DNA of 64,000 bases from an uncultured delta proteobacterium (GTDB lineage: Bacteria; Desulfobacterota; Binatia; Bin18), in contig CAVTCR010000006.1 in the NCBI GenBank assembly GCA_963733195.1, positions 39,947 to 103,946 on the forward strand. The letters are read 5' to 3'. The stretch's first letter is position 1. Each line of letters begins with the position of its first letter. The position numbers and the translations under genes are program-made. Positions 21,782 to 31,832 of the stretch are shown in pieces. The notes beneath the pieces are model-generated. The model did not search any database. It worked only from the letters and a program-made list of their open reading frames with translations, and was not told the origin of the DNA.

Positions 21782-22735
21782 CTATCCTTGGGGGAAGTTG
21801 CTCTGAATCACCTCTACTGGTGCTCCACCTGGAACAGATCGAAGTCTTCCCGCTCCGCGCCGTAAAAGTAATTGGAGTCCAGAAATCCGTGCCCGCAGCT
21901 GAGCAATCTCGACGTCTTTTTCTCGCACATCCATATGTGTCCTTACATCTGGAGGCGGCATTTGAATTAAAGGTGAGACTAAGGGGGCTTCGTGCGTGCC
22001 CAGCGAGGTAAGCTGAGTTCGTAAGCGCTCAATTTCTGTTTCTGCCTCATGAATATCAGATTGATAGCGAGCGCACGAGTGTCGCAAGTTCCGGTTGCTC
22101 TCGGTGAGGTGATTCTGCTGTATTTCGAACGTTGCCAAGCGATCCTGAAGTTGTTGAATCTCGGTCTCTCTGGTGCGAAGCGTAAATTCTAAGCGAGAGC
22201 GTTGCATTTGGTGATTCGCTTCTTGCTCACGCATCTTTACACTTTGCATTTCTTGGTCCTTGAGGCGCTGAGAGAGTTGCATGTGTGTTTGAGCTTTGTC
22301 TGCGAGGTTTCGACGGAGAGCTTGGAGTTCATCCTCCAACCGGCGCGCGAGGTGCCGCTCTTTTGACAACTCCGAATTGCTCTGTGCCAAGGCTTCTTGT
22401 GCATCTCTGAGCTGTTTTTCTATAGGTGTTGACTCGGAAACCTTTGTCTCAAGCTCACTCTGAGTGGTAGCCAAAACAGACTCCACCTTCTTCAGCGTGT
22501 CGTTGGCGGCCGTCAACTGATCTTGAAATTCACGAATCTGCCCTGCATTCTTTCGTGCCGCATGTTGGGCGGCCTCAAGTTCTTGCTTTTGTCGTTGGAG
22601 CCGTTCCTCCCACGACCTGCGGTCTTGCTCCAAAGCAAGGTTAGCGCGGAGTTGCTTAGCCAGCCATCCCACCAAGATACCAAGGACGAACGTGCCACAG
22701 AGGTACGGTATGATTTGTATAATCAATGGTGACAT
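21782..22735 (-). CDS. Membrane-anchored coiled-coil protein
   Basis: N-terminal TM and C-terminal EKD.EIAQLRARISGLQLLL similar to the 19485-20894 product. Confidence 0.75.
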   Translation of the reverse strand: MSPLIIQIIPYLCGTFVLGILVGWLAKQLRANLALEQDRRSWEERLQRQKQELEAAQHAARKNAGQIREFQDQLTAANDTLKKVESVLATTQSELETKVSESTPIEKQLRDAQEALAQSNSELSKERHLARRLEDELQALRRNLADKAQTHMQLSQRLKDQEMQSVKMREQEANHQMQRSRLEFTLRTRETEIQQLQDRLATFEIQQNHLTESNRNLRHSCARYQSDIHEAETEIERLRTQLTSLGTHEAPLVSPLIQMPPPDVRTHMDVREKDVEIAQLRARISGLQLLLRRGAGRLRSVPGGAPVEVIQSNFPQG

Positions 22736-22915
22736 ATAAAAACGCTAGCAGATCTTCTGGAAGCGAACCAGAGATTGTGCGTCTCAATTTTAGAGAACTT
22801 TTGTGACCGTCAATGCCTAATAACAAGGCGTGAGATGTGCGCTGGAAGGTAAACTCGAGGTATGTTCGTGGAAGAGTGGGGGCGCACTAAGGACGCCCCC
22901 TTGTGCGGGCTACTA

Positions 22916-25510
22916 TTATCCCTGGCGGGAAAAATACGCGAGTAGATTTGCTTCTTCCCGCTGTTTGCAGGCAACGGCAATACGCAACTTTTCCAGATGC
23001 TGATCCATGGTCTTTGCCCCTTGTTTCACTGGATGAGACGAAAAGAACTGTCGAACATCAGTTTCAAGAGCGGCCGTGGCAAGTGCGGTGATGCCTTCAC
23101 ACATGCGGACAATCGAGTTGTCTGGATACTGCTGTGTCATCTCCTCCCAATGCTGTTTCATGAATGCCCACACACGCTCCCGTCCATCGATGTTGAGTAG
23201 CAGCGAGCGCATGAGATATGGCGCGTTCTGGGTGCGTACCTCGCCATTGATAGTCATGGCGAGCGTCCGATCCAAAAGATCGACTGAGCGAAAAGCGGCG
23301 AGGGCGAAGAGGTAGCGTTGTTCTTCCTGTGGTGTTTTTGCCGTACTTACATTTGCGTGGAACTCCTCATACTCCGCGCGTCCCCCGGTGTGCGCAATAA
23401 TCGCCACCAGTGCTGGTACAATATTGGGATCGACCGCACGAGGATCGATCTTATACCGCACATAGTGAGTCCGTGCTTCAGCTTGTATTGTGGCGTCGTT
23501 ACCAAGAGTGCCCAGAGCGCTGAGTAGTTCCCCACGTAATTGTTTGGTGAGGTCATTCTCTCCAGGTAAAGGGTGCCAGCCAAGTTTCTGGGTGATCGGA
23601 GCAAGTAACCGACGCAGGAACGTTTGCAATCCTGGCCGTTGCTGTGGGTCGAGCAATCTGTACAGATAGTGACATGATCCAAGGATTGCTGCCCAGACAT
23701 TGGGGTCACTTTCTTCGCGGAAGAGTTGCAAAAGGTCGAGATAGGAGGCCATCGGACTGAGTCCGGCAAGAGTTGCGGCCCAGGTGTCGTTGACCAGATT
23801 GAACCGTTCGACCGCCGAGAGCGTCGTTTGTAACTGTTGCGTTAATTGGTTCAGCAAATCAGGAGAGTAGCGGACGCGGTAGAATCCTGCTCCGTCGGCG
23901 TTGACGATAACCCATTCCGGAGCCGCAGGAAGTGTAATGCGAGCCTCACGTTCAGTGAGGAGAAGCGTTTGTGTGTATACTCCTGTTGCGGTTTTTATGC
24001 GGAGGAAGATCGGCACTTGCCATGTCTGATCATGCCTCGTGTCATCTTGCAAATACAGGAAGCGCTGTTGCGTGAGGATCAGTGTATTTTGCTCTGCCCT
24101 GACGGTAATGAGTGGATATCCGGGTTGAAATACCCACGAGTCCATCAGTGCACGCACGGGCTGCTGAGAGGATGTTTCGATAGCGTCCCATAGATCTGTG
24201 GTTTCGGCGTTGTTGTACTCATGTTTCCGCAAATAAGAGACAATGCCTTGGCGGAAGACGTCTGACCCGAGGTATTGCTCCAACATGCGCAATACCGCTG
24301 CGCCTTTTTCATAAGTGAGAATATCGAACATTCCGGCTGCTTCGGCGGGAAGGCGTACCGGAAACTCAATCGGACGAGTGCTTTTGAGACCATCGACGAG
24401 CATAGCTGCGGCCCGTGACACCGCAAAACTGGTCCAACGCTGCCACTCTGGTTTACAGTGGTCTACGGCTAACATTTCCATAAAGGTGGCAAAGGCTTCG
24501 TTGAGCCACAAGCCGTTCCACCAGCGCATAGTCACAAGGTCGCCGAACCACATGTGTGCATTTTCATGAGACACAACATCGGCTACCCGTTCGAGTTCGC
24601 TCCGGGTGGAATTTTTTTCGTCGACTAACAAGGCAGTTTCACGGAAAGTGATGGCTCCGAGGTTTTCCATCGCACCAGAGGCAAAGTCAGGGATGGCAAT
24701 CAGATCGAGTTTGTCTCCTGGATAGGGATAGCCGTAGTAGGTACTGAAAAAGGCAAGGGATGCTGCGCCAATGTCTTGACCGAACTTCGCGAGATGCCGC
24801 TTCCCTGGTACTGCCCACACACGTAAAGGCTTACCATCAACAAAAACAGGCTCTGTGGCTTCAAACTCCCCAACGATAAAGGCGACCAAGTACGTTGACA
24901 TTTTGATGGTATCCGCGAACACCACTTCTTTTTTGCCAGTTCCTGGTAGTCGCGTTTCTCGGACGATCGCTGTGTTGGAGATTGCCGTCAAATGTTCATC
25001 GATCACTAGAGTTGACTGAAAAACCGCCTTGAGTGCCGGCTCATCCCAACACGGAAATGCGCGCCGGGCATCGGTCGATTCAAACTGGGTGCTCGCCAAC
25101 ATTTTTTCCTGGCCATTCGCATCCTTGTAGGTGCTACGGTAAAAGCCATGCAGTTTGTCATTCAAAATGCCTGCGAACTGAAGGTGGAGTTGCCACGACC
25201 CTGGAGCAAGCGTTTGCGGGAAGGTGCAGGTCGCTCGCTCGTTGGCGTCATCTAAGCGGACAGTGCCGGCGATGGCTTTTCCACCGATATCGGTCACTGT
25301 CACGCGATGAATGTTCAGTTCTGCCGCATTGAAGGAAATCTCCTTCACCGGTTCGTGGATAGAGAGGATCACAATCTCTTCACCAACGAAGGTGAAGGTT
25401 TTCAGGTCAGGTGTCAGACGGATCTGATAGCGCTCTGGGGTGACCGTTGTTGGTAGCCGGTAGGATTGGTCATCAACAAACACAGATCCCTGTTCGTGTG
25501 TGTCGGACAT
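22916..25510 (-). CDS. pepN: M1-family aminopeptidase
   Basis: GAMEN and HENAH-x18-E motifs, ERAP1-like C-terminus; GGAG RBS before ATG 25510. Confidence 0.92.
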   Translation of the reverse strand: MSDTHEQGSVFVDDQSYRLPTTVTPERYQIRLTPDLKTFTFVGEEIVILSIHEPVKEISFNAAELNIHRVTVTDIGGKAIAGTVRLDDANERATCTFPQTLAPGSWQLHLQFAGILNDKLHGFYRSTYKDANGQEKMLASTQFESTDARRAFPCWDEPALKAVFQSTLVIDEHLTAISNTAIVRETRLPGTGKKEVVFADTIKMSTYLVAFIVGEFEATEPVFVDGKPLRVWAVPGKRHLAKFGQDIGAASLAFFSTYYGYPYPGDKLDLIAIPDFASGAMENLGAITFRETALLVDEKNSTRSELERVADVVSHENAHMWFGDLVTMRWWNGLWLNEAFATFMEMLAVDHCKPEWQRWTSFAVSRAAAMLVDGLKSTRPIEFPVRLPAEAAGMFDILTYEKGAAVLRMLEQYLGSDVFRQGIVSYLRKHEYNNAETTDLWDAIETSSQQPVRALMDSWVFQPGYPLITVRAEQNTLILTQQRFLYLQDDTRHDQTWQVPIFLRIKTATGVYTQTLLLTEREARITLPAAPEWVIVNADGAGFYRVRYSPDLLNQLTQQLQTTLSAVERFNLVNDTWAATLAGLSPMASYLDLLQLFREESDPNVWAAILGSCHYLYRLLDPQQRPGLQTFLRRLLAPITQKLGWHPLPGENDLTKQLRGELLSALGTLGNDATIQAEARTHYVRYKIDPRAVDPNIVPALVAIIAHTGGRAEYEEFHANVSTAKTPQEEQRYLFALAAFRSVDLLDRTLAMTINGEVRTQNAPYLMRSLLLNIDGRERVWAFMKQHWEEMTQQYPDNSIVRMCEGITALATAALETDVRQFFSSHPVKQGAKTMDQHLEKLRIAVACKQREEANLLAYFSRQG

Positions 25511-25612
25511 AGTTACTCCTGAGAGAGGCTGTCGGATCGGCGTACGAACCGATCCGATGCAGCGATAGGGATACAGAAAAACGCAGACATTGGCAATGAA
25601 GAAGCACAAATG

Positions 25613-25646
25613 CAACGGGCGTCGAGATTAATCTCGACGCCCGTTG
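25613..25646. terminator. Perfect stem-loop downstream of the PEP-CTERM gene
   Basis: CAACGGGCGTCGAGAT-TA-ATCTCGACGCCCGTTG. Confidence 0.65.
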
Positions 25647-25674
25647 TGAAGATGAACTTGTCAGCTGTGCTGTC

Positions 25675-26230
25675 TTAGCTGTTATGTTTCCGTCTCAGCC
25701 AGGCAAGACCGACGAGGCCGGAGCCAAGGAGGAGCAGTGAACCTGGCTCTGGTGTTGTTTGTGACGAAGTCGTTGAGGAGAAATTAACTCTGGTTCCAGA
25801 TGTAGTTCTGTTTGCAGTGAGGATCCAATCTGCGTTGGTGTCATCGAAACCCGCAGCCAGAGATAGTACCTGTTCCAAGGAGGACCAAGGAAATTGCGTT
25901 TTGGAAGTCGATAGTAATCGTTATTGAGGCTAAATGAAAAAATTCCTGAACTCCACACGAGGGTTGGGTTAGAGAAAAGGATTGAAAGTGAAGTCAAAGA
26001 GATTGACGGTATCGCCTATCTGGCTTCCTGCGGTATTGAAATCTCCGTCTGAAACCTCCACCGGGGTCGTTTGAGGATTAAAATCGATTGCGGTTAGTCC
26101 TGCCAAGTTAATTGAGTTAACAAGATTGTTGCTGAAACCGAATTCACCAGTGATCTGGATAGGCTTCGGCCCTTCCTAACATGGCAACGCTCAACAACAT
26201 TGCCAGCCCTAACATCACGAAACGCTTCAT
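25675..26230 (-). CDS. PEP-CTERM sorting-domain protein (frameshifted)
   Basis: AGGAGG RBS plus MKRFVMLGLAMLL signal peptide; C-terminal TPEPGSLLLLGSGLVGLAWLRRK. Confidence 0.85.
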
Positions 26231-26287
26231 TACTAACCTCCTGATTTATAAGTAGCCATTATGGCCCAAGATGATAATACGTAGTGG

Positions 26288-26303
26288 GCAAATTGTATGC
26301 CGA
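26288..26303 (-). promoter_or_regulatory. Sigma54 -24/-12 promoter of the PEP-CTERM gene
   Basis: Minus strand reads TCGGCATACAATTTGC, an exact GG-N10-GC, about 58 bp upstream of the ATG. Confidence 0.8.
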
Positions 26304-26328
26304 ATTAATTATTGAAAAAATTATTATT

Positions 26329-26341
26329 TATCAGATAGTTA
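26329..26341. promoter_or_regulatory. IHF-like binding site
   Basis: TATCAGATAGTTA versus consensus WATCAANNNNTTR, in an AT-rich tract between promoter and enhancer boxes. Confidence 0.55.
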
Positions 26342-26371
26342 TATTAGTGCTAAGGTATGAGGGCGGAAATT

Positions 26372-26695
26372 TGTAAGGAAGTTCGACAGTCACTAAGGTT
26401 TTATGTTTTTAGGACCTTTCTTTAAGTGTTTGTAAATAAGTGACAATTTATAGACATAGAATTCGTAATCGGAGATTCTCATTGTAAAACTTCCTGACGG
26501 TGCCTTGAATAAAATGAACAAAAAGTGAGGATTTCTCAAAAGAGAATCGCTAGTTTCTTTTCCTTCCTTTCGTTGTTTGAATTGTAGGAGCGCATTCTTG
26601 CTACGAAATTCAGACTTCTCCCTTGTTGTTACAGATGAGCATTGAGTTCTGAAAGAAAGAGGAGGGAATTATTTACGGTGTAAACTTTATCGACA
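26372..26695. promoter_or_regulatory. Three enhancer-like 17-bp boxes TGTAA-N7-YGACR
   Basis: TGTAAGGAAGTTCGACA (26372), TGTAAAACTTCCTGACG (26483), TGTAAACTTTATCGACA (26679). Confidence 0.7.
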
Positions 26696-26870
26696 ATAAG
26701 ATCCCGGTTCTTGCTAAGGAGGGTAGAAAGGTATCCTGAGAGTGGTTAGGATTTCCTTGCCACTTCGGATTAAATTAGGGCACGATCGGACCGGAAGAAA
26801 AAATTGACCCAGTCAGATGATCAAGGTATGGAAAATGGAATCATGATAGTGTCACGTGGGTGAGGATAGT

Positions 26871-27191
26871 ATGAAGCAGCACGATAACGATACCGATTTC
26901 GAACGTGGCGTTGTTACCGAAACCGAGAAGAAGCTTAAGAAGCCGCCTTTGTACAAGGTCTTGCTCCATAACGATGACTACACAACCATGGAGTTTGTGG
27001 TGTATGTCTTACAGTCAGTGTTTCATCTTGACCCTACGAAAGCGACGCAGGTTATGTTGCACGTACATCGGAAGGGGGTTGGTGTTGCGGGAGTGTATAC
27101 GTATGAAGTGGCCGAGACTAAAGTGAACCGAGTGCATGATTTGGCCAAAGAGTACGAGTTTCCGTTGAAATGTAGTATGGAAGAAGCGTAA
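26871..27191 (+). CDS. clpS: ATP-dependent Clp protease adaptor ClpS
   Basis: PPLYKVLLHNDDYTTMEFVV...MLHVH..G; directly upstream of clpA. Confidence 0.95.
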   Translation: MKQHDNDTDFERGVVTETEKKLKKPPLYKVLLHNDDYTTMEFVVYVLQSVFHLDPTKATQVMLHVHRKGVGVAGVYTYEVAETKVNRVHDLAKEYEFPLKCSMEEA

Positions 27192-27285
27192 TGGAGCCGC
27201 AAACGCCTTCCCCGTTGTCAGTACGACCTTAATTGGTATTCTGCGTTTTACGATTTATGTTTTCTGTTTCACAGGGGGCGAATGC

Positions 27286-29586
27286 ATGTTACGACTGAGC
27301 CGAGAACTAGAAGCCACTTTCTCTTTAGCGATCAAAGAAGCCAAACGCCGTCGGCACGAGTACCTGTGCTTAGAACATATCCTCTACGCACTGACCTTTG
27401 ATGAGGCTGTGGCTGCCATCATTCGTCACTGTGGTGGCAACGTCAAAGCCCTACAGCGGGATCTCGAAGACTTTTTCAAAGATAATATTGAGCAGCTTCC
27501 AGAAGGCGTTGATGCTGAACCTCAACAGACTCTCGGCTTTCAACGCGTCTTGCAACGAGCAGCGGCTCACGTGCAGTCGAGCGGCAAGGAAGTCGTGGAA
27601 GGCCGTAACGTCTTGGTTGCGCTGTTTCGTGAGGAGAACAGTCATGCTCTCTACTTGTTACAACGGCAAGGCATTTCGCGGCTTGATGTGTTGAACTATA
27701 TTTCTCACGGGATTTCGAAAGTCCCAGGCGAGGATGAAGAAACCCCGGCATCTCGTACAGATGAGCACCCACCTGCGCAGGATGACGAAGACGAACCCAG
27801 ACCAGTGAAAAATCCACTCGAAGCATTCGCGTCGAATCTCGTACAACGTGCAAAGGATGGCCTTATTGATCCACTGATTGGCCGCCAACATGAACTTGAG
27901 CGTACGATTCATGTCTTGTGTAGACGGCGCAAGAATAATCCCATCTATGTTGGTGATTCCGGGGTGGGGAAGACGGCGATTGTTGATGGTCTAGCCCTGC
28001 AAATTGCCAAAGGCGAAATCCCTGAGGTGCTGAAAGATGCAACGATTTACTCGCTCGATATGGGAGCTGTGCTTGCAGGAACGAAATTCCGCGGCCAGTT
28101 TGAAGAACGCCTCAAGGCTGTGATTAACGAGCTGAAAAAGCAGCCCAACGCGGTTCTGTTCATCGATGAGATTCATACGATTGTCGGTGCAGGCGCCACA
28201 AGTGGTGGTTCGATGGATGCTTCGAACATCTTGAAACCGGCGCTTACTTCTGGGTCCCTGCGCTGTATCGGTGCAACGACCTATCATGAGTATCGCAGCT
28301 ACTTCGAGCGTGACCGGGCGTTGGCACGCCGCTTCCAGAAGATCGAAGTGCATGAGCCGAGTATTGAAGAGACGGTGCAAATTCTCGAAGGACTCAAGAT
28401 TCACTACGAAAAGCATCACAATGTCACCTATACGCCTGAGGCCTTACGTGCAGCAGCGGAACTTTCGGCCAAATACATCAACGACCGCTTTCTGCCTGAT
28501 AAAGCCATCGATGTCATCGACGAAGTGGGTGCCTCCTTCAAGATTAAACCTGCCTCAGCAGAACGCACAGTCAGAGACACCGATATTGAAGATGTCGTCG
28601 CGAAGATCGCACGGATTCCACCACGGAGTGTGTCGGTATCCGATAAGGAACGCCTGCAGAATCTTGATAGTGACCTGAAGCGGGTCGTCTTCGGGCAAGA
28701 TAAGGCTATTCAGACGGTCGTTACCGCAATCAAACTCTCGCGTGCTGGGCTTGGACATCCTGAGAAGCCGGTTGGTTCCTTCCTGTTTACTGGCCCTACA
28801 GGGGTTGGCAAGACGGAAGTCGCGAAGCAGTTGGCTGCAACTCTGGGCCTCCAATTCCTGCGGTTTGACATGAGCGAATACATGGAGAAGCACACTGTCT
28901 CGCGGCTGATTGGTGCGCCACCGGGGTATGTCGGCTTCGACCAGGGAGGATTACTCACTGAGTCCATCACCCGAAACCCTCACTCGGTGTTACTCCTTGA
29001 TGAAATCGAGAAAGCTCATCCAGACCTGTTCAACATCCTGCTACAAGTGATGGATCATGCGACCCTGACGGACAACAACGGCAAGAAAGCCGATTTCCGC
29101 CATGTCATTCTGATCATGACGAGTAACGCCGGGGCACGAGAAATGGCGTCCGCGTCGATCGGATTCGGAGATCGGTCGAACCTCGGCAAAGGAGAGCAGG
29201 CGCTTGAGCGGCTTTTCAACCCGGAATTCCGTAACCGCCTGGATGCGACGGTGACGTTTGGTCCGCTTGTTCCTGAGGCCATCGAGAAGGTCGTAGATAA
29301 GTTCGTCCACGAAGTTGTCCAGCAGCTGGTGGAAAAGAAGGTGACGATCTCGCTAACTCCTGCAGCTCGCCAATATCTGGCGGAGAAGGGCTATGACAAG
29401 ACCTTTGGGGCACGCCCAATGGCACGTCTCATCCAGAAAGAAATCAAACAGGTGCTGGCTGATGAAATCCTTTTTGGCAAACTCCAGGACGGCGGCAAAG
29501 CGGAGATCGATTTGGGAGAGGATGGTCTTGTTTTTAAGTATGTTGTCGCACCAGTAGAAGAGAGAGCGGTGGCAGAGGCTGTGTAA
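27286..29586 (+). CDS. clpA: Clp protease ATP-binding subunit ClpA
   Basis: Two AAA+ modules (GDSGVGKT, GPTGVGKT), ClpA N-domain, no ClpB M-domain. Confidence 0.95.
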   Translation: MLRLSRELEATFSLAIKEAKRRRHEYLCLEHILYALTFDEAVAAIIRHCGGNVKALQRDLEDFFKDNIEQLPEGVDAEPQQTLGFQRVLQRAAAHVQSSGKEVVEGRNVLVALFREENSHALYLLQRQGISRLDVLNYISHGISKVPGEDEETPASRTDEHPPAQDDEDEPRPVKNPLEAFASNLVQRAKDGLIDPLIGRQHELERTIHVLCRRRKNNPIYVGDSGVGKTAIVDGLALQIAKGEIPEVLKDATIYSLDMGAVLAGTKFRGQFEERLKAVINELKKQPNAVLFIDEIHTIVGAGATSGGSMDASNILKPALTSGSLRCIGATTYHEYRSYFERDRALARRFQKIEVHEPSIEETVQILEGLKIHYEKHHNVTYTPEALRAAAELSAKYINDRFLPDKAIDVIDEVGASFKIKPASAERTVRDTDIEDVVAKIARIPPRSVSVSDKERLQNLDSDLKRVVFGQDKAIQTVVTAIKLSRAGLGHPEKPVGSFLFTGPTGVGKTEVAKQLAATLGLQFLRFDMSEYMEKHTVSRLIGAPPGYVGFDQGGLLTESITRNPHSVLLLDEIEKAHPDLFNILLQVMDHATLTDNNGKKADFRHVILIMTSNAGAREMASASIGFGDRSNLGKGEQALERLFNPEFRNRLDATVTFGPLVPEAIEKVVDKFVHEVVQQLVEKKVTISLTPAARQYLAEKGYDKTFGARPMARLIQKEIKQVLADEILFGKLQDGGKAEIDLGEDGLVFKYVVAPVEERAVAEAV

Positions 29587-29651
29587 GGGTGCTGGGAATC
29601 GGCCAGTCCGTCTAGTAAAATTTGACAGTCAGAATCGGAAATCAGGATTCG

Positions 29652-29680
29652 GTAGAGACGCCCCGACCGGGCGTCTCTAC
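29652..29680. repeat. GTAG-type REP palindrome
   Basis: GTAGAGACGCCC..GGGCGTCTCTAC; related copy at 55321-55347. Confidence 0.75.
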
Positions 29681-29693
29681 AAACTCCTACTAC

Positions 29694-29987
29694 CTACTTG
29701 CCAATCGGCGCAAACAAACATTTCTCGTCAATATAAAGCCCTCCACGGAGCCGACAATCTTCCTGGTTAAAAGTCGCCCCGCTCGAGTCTGGGGTATAAC
29801 ATTGGTCATTATTAAATATTCCACCTCTCTGTTCACATTTGTCTTCTGGTGATTTTCGTTGTTCTACAGTACGTTCTACTTCGCGTTGAAAGTCTTGTTT
29901 CCATGCTTGTAATCGTCTTTGAGAATAGCTGCAGGCGGATGCTGTCAGCAGTATCCCGACCATGCAAAATAAAATTCGCCGTTCCAC
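29694..29987 (-). CDS. Small lipoprotein with two C-x3-GG-x6-C repeats
   Basis: ASAC lipobox; CEQRGGIFNNDQC and CRLRGGLYIDEKC. Confidence 0.7.
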   Translation of the reverse strand: MERRILFCMVGILLTASACSYSQRRLQAWKQDFQREVERTVEQRKSPEDKCEQRGGIFNNDQCYTPDSSGATFNQEDCRLRGGLYIDEKCLFAPIGK

Positions 29988-30096
29988 TCCTACCTCCTTG
30001 CTTCTCCTCTACCATCGCGAATAGATTCTTGGTAGGGTGACTGCCGCACAAAACGGTTCTGCCTGCTACATGCTCATAGAATGAGAGAATCAATGC

Positions 30097-30624
30097 ATGG
30101 CTGATTTTGCTTTCACCTCGCATATAAAAGTTGGTGAGAAACGTTATCGCGAACGTTTCGGATTAGATTTTGAAGATTTTGCCGTTGGTCAAGTGTTCAA
30201 GCATCGTCCAGGATTGACGGTTTCTCAGCAAGAGAATGTTGAGGAATCGATGGATACCCTCAATCAAGCAATGATCCATTTCGACGAGCGGTACGCCTCA
30301 ACAACTGAGTGGAGGAAGCCGTTGGTCGTGAGTACACTCACCCTGCAACGACTCATTGGGCTCACGTGGAAGACATTTGCCAAGAAAATTCGCATTCTTG
30401 GCTGGGCAGACATCAGCATGACCCGCCCGGTCTTTGGTGGCGACACTTTATATGCTGAGTCAGAAGTGAAGGAAAAACAGGAAGTTCAAGACGATCACTC
30501 ATGCGGAAGGTTGACTGTCCTCACCCGAGGTATCAATCAAGATGGGACGATCATCTGTTCGATGGAATACAGCATCCTTGTCTATAAACGAGAGTACGTC
30601 CCCTTTGACAAAGCTGGATACTAA
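30097..30624 (+). CDS. MaoC-family dehydratase
   Basis: FEDF.VGQVFKHRPG.T, N..MIHFD, PVFGGDTLYAESEV. Confidence 0.85.
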   Translation: MADFAFTSHIKVGEKRYRERFGLDFEDFAVGQVFKHRPGLTVSQQENVEESMDTLNQAMIHFDERYASTTEWRKPLVVSTLTLQRLIGLTWKTFAKKIRILGWADISMTRPVFGGDTLYAESEVKEKQEVQDDHSCGRLTVLTRGINQDGTIICSMEYSILVYKREYVPFDKAGY

Positions 30625-30650
30625 TGATTTTTTGACAAGGACAAGTAACT

Positions 30651-31172
30651 ATGACGACATTTTACTCTCACCGCAAGTTAGCAGACCAGGCGTACATTGA
30701 GATCGCTGGGGTAGAGTACGATGATTTCGAGGAAGGGGCTATCTTTGAACATCGTCCGGGACGAACCCTCACTGCTGAAGAAAATCGTCTGCATGCAATG
30801 CGTTCGGCTGATCTCTCAATGCGTGCGGTTGATGCCGTTTACAACGAGAAAATATATGATGGGCAGAACGTGATTAGCGAAACGTTCGTTCTGAGTATCG
30901 TTACGGCTCTGACAACGAAGACCTTCAACAAAGTGGTTGCAAACCTAGGGTGGAAGAATATTCAGTTTCCGACTCGTGTGGTTGCGGGTGATACTCTCTA
31001 TGCCGAGTCAGAAGTGCTTGGTAAACGGGAGTCGCAATCGCGACCAACGCAAGGAGTGTTGCATATCAGAACTCGAGCCGTGAATCAGCATGGTGAAGAA
31101 GTCTGCTCGTTCGAGCGTCGCCTGCTGATTTACAAACGAGGCTTGGGACCGTACGAAGCCGCAGGGTATTAG
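30651..31172 (+). CDS. MaoC-family dehydratase paralog
   Basis: YDDFEEGAIFEHRPGRT, VANLGW, GDTLYAESEV. Confidence 0.85.
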   Translation: MTTFYSHRKLADQAYIEIAGVEYDDFEEGAIFEHRPGRTLTAEENRLHAMRSADLSMRAVDAVYNEKIYDGQNVISETFVLSIVTALTTKTFNKVVANLGWKNIQFPTRVVAGDTLYAESEVLGKRESQSRPTQGVLHIRTRAVNQHGEEVCSFERRLLIYKRGLGPYEAAGY

Positions 31173-31200
31173 CGTTTGCTGTGAAAAAGAGGTCTGGACC

Positions 31201-31560
31201 ATGCGTGATGCCCACACCTTAACTCGTCGTCTACGGAGAACGCTCACAGGGAGGAGGTTGCGGTATGAACCTGGACGTCCTCCACGCTATGCGGTGGTTC
31301 TCCACGGTGATTGGATCAATAGCTCCCAGTATATTGCCCGGATGTTGCAACGGACCTTTTTCTATAGTCAGACAAGAGCCAGTTACTTGGCGTTGTTGGC
31401 CCGCTGTGTCGGCCGTTGTACGGTATGGAAGGGCCCATTTGAAATTGCTGAGATGAAGGCTTACCAGTTGCGTTCCTATGGCCCTGATCCGCGGCGTATT
31501 ACCGCAGGTGCACGACCGTTGGATGTAACGCTCGAACCGTTAGAGCGCAGACGGTCCTAG
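31201..31560 (+). CDS. Divergent ClpS-like adaptor
   Basis: PPRYAVVLH.D...GRCTVWKG..EIAEMK..QL.SYGPDP...PL.VTLEP follows the ClpS pattern. Confidence 0.7.
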   Translation: MRDAHTLTRRLRRTLTGRRLRYEPGRPPRYAVVLHGDWINSSQYIARMLQRTFFYSQTRASYLALLARCVGRCTVWKGPFEIAEMKAYQLRSYGPDPRRITAGARPLDVTLEPLERRRS

Positions 31561-31832
31561 GTTGTCAGATGGCTGCGTGGTGAGTACTCGCCGGCTGTTA
31601 TCTCGGCAGTTATGCTTTGTTTCGTACCTCCCCCATTGCGCTCTGGGAAAAAGATGGCCGACCGTGTGTCATCTTTTCGGTCGAGGGTCAGGGGACGTAT
31701 TACCTGTACCGTTCCCTGACGTATGCTGATTCATTGCTTACCGGAATGGAATTTCATATTGGACCGCATCGACAGTAGAAGCGTCTCCGGCTGATAGTTG
31801 TACACAGAGATCGCTCTCTCCCTCAGACACTG

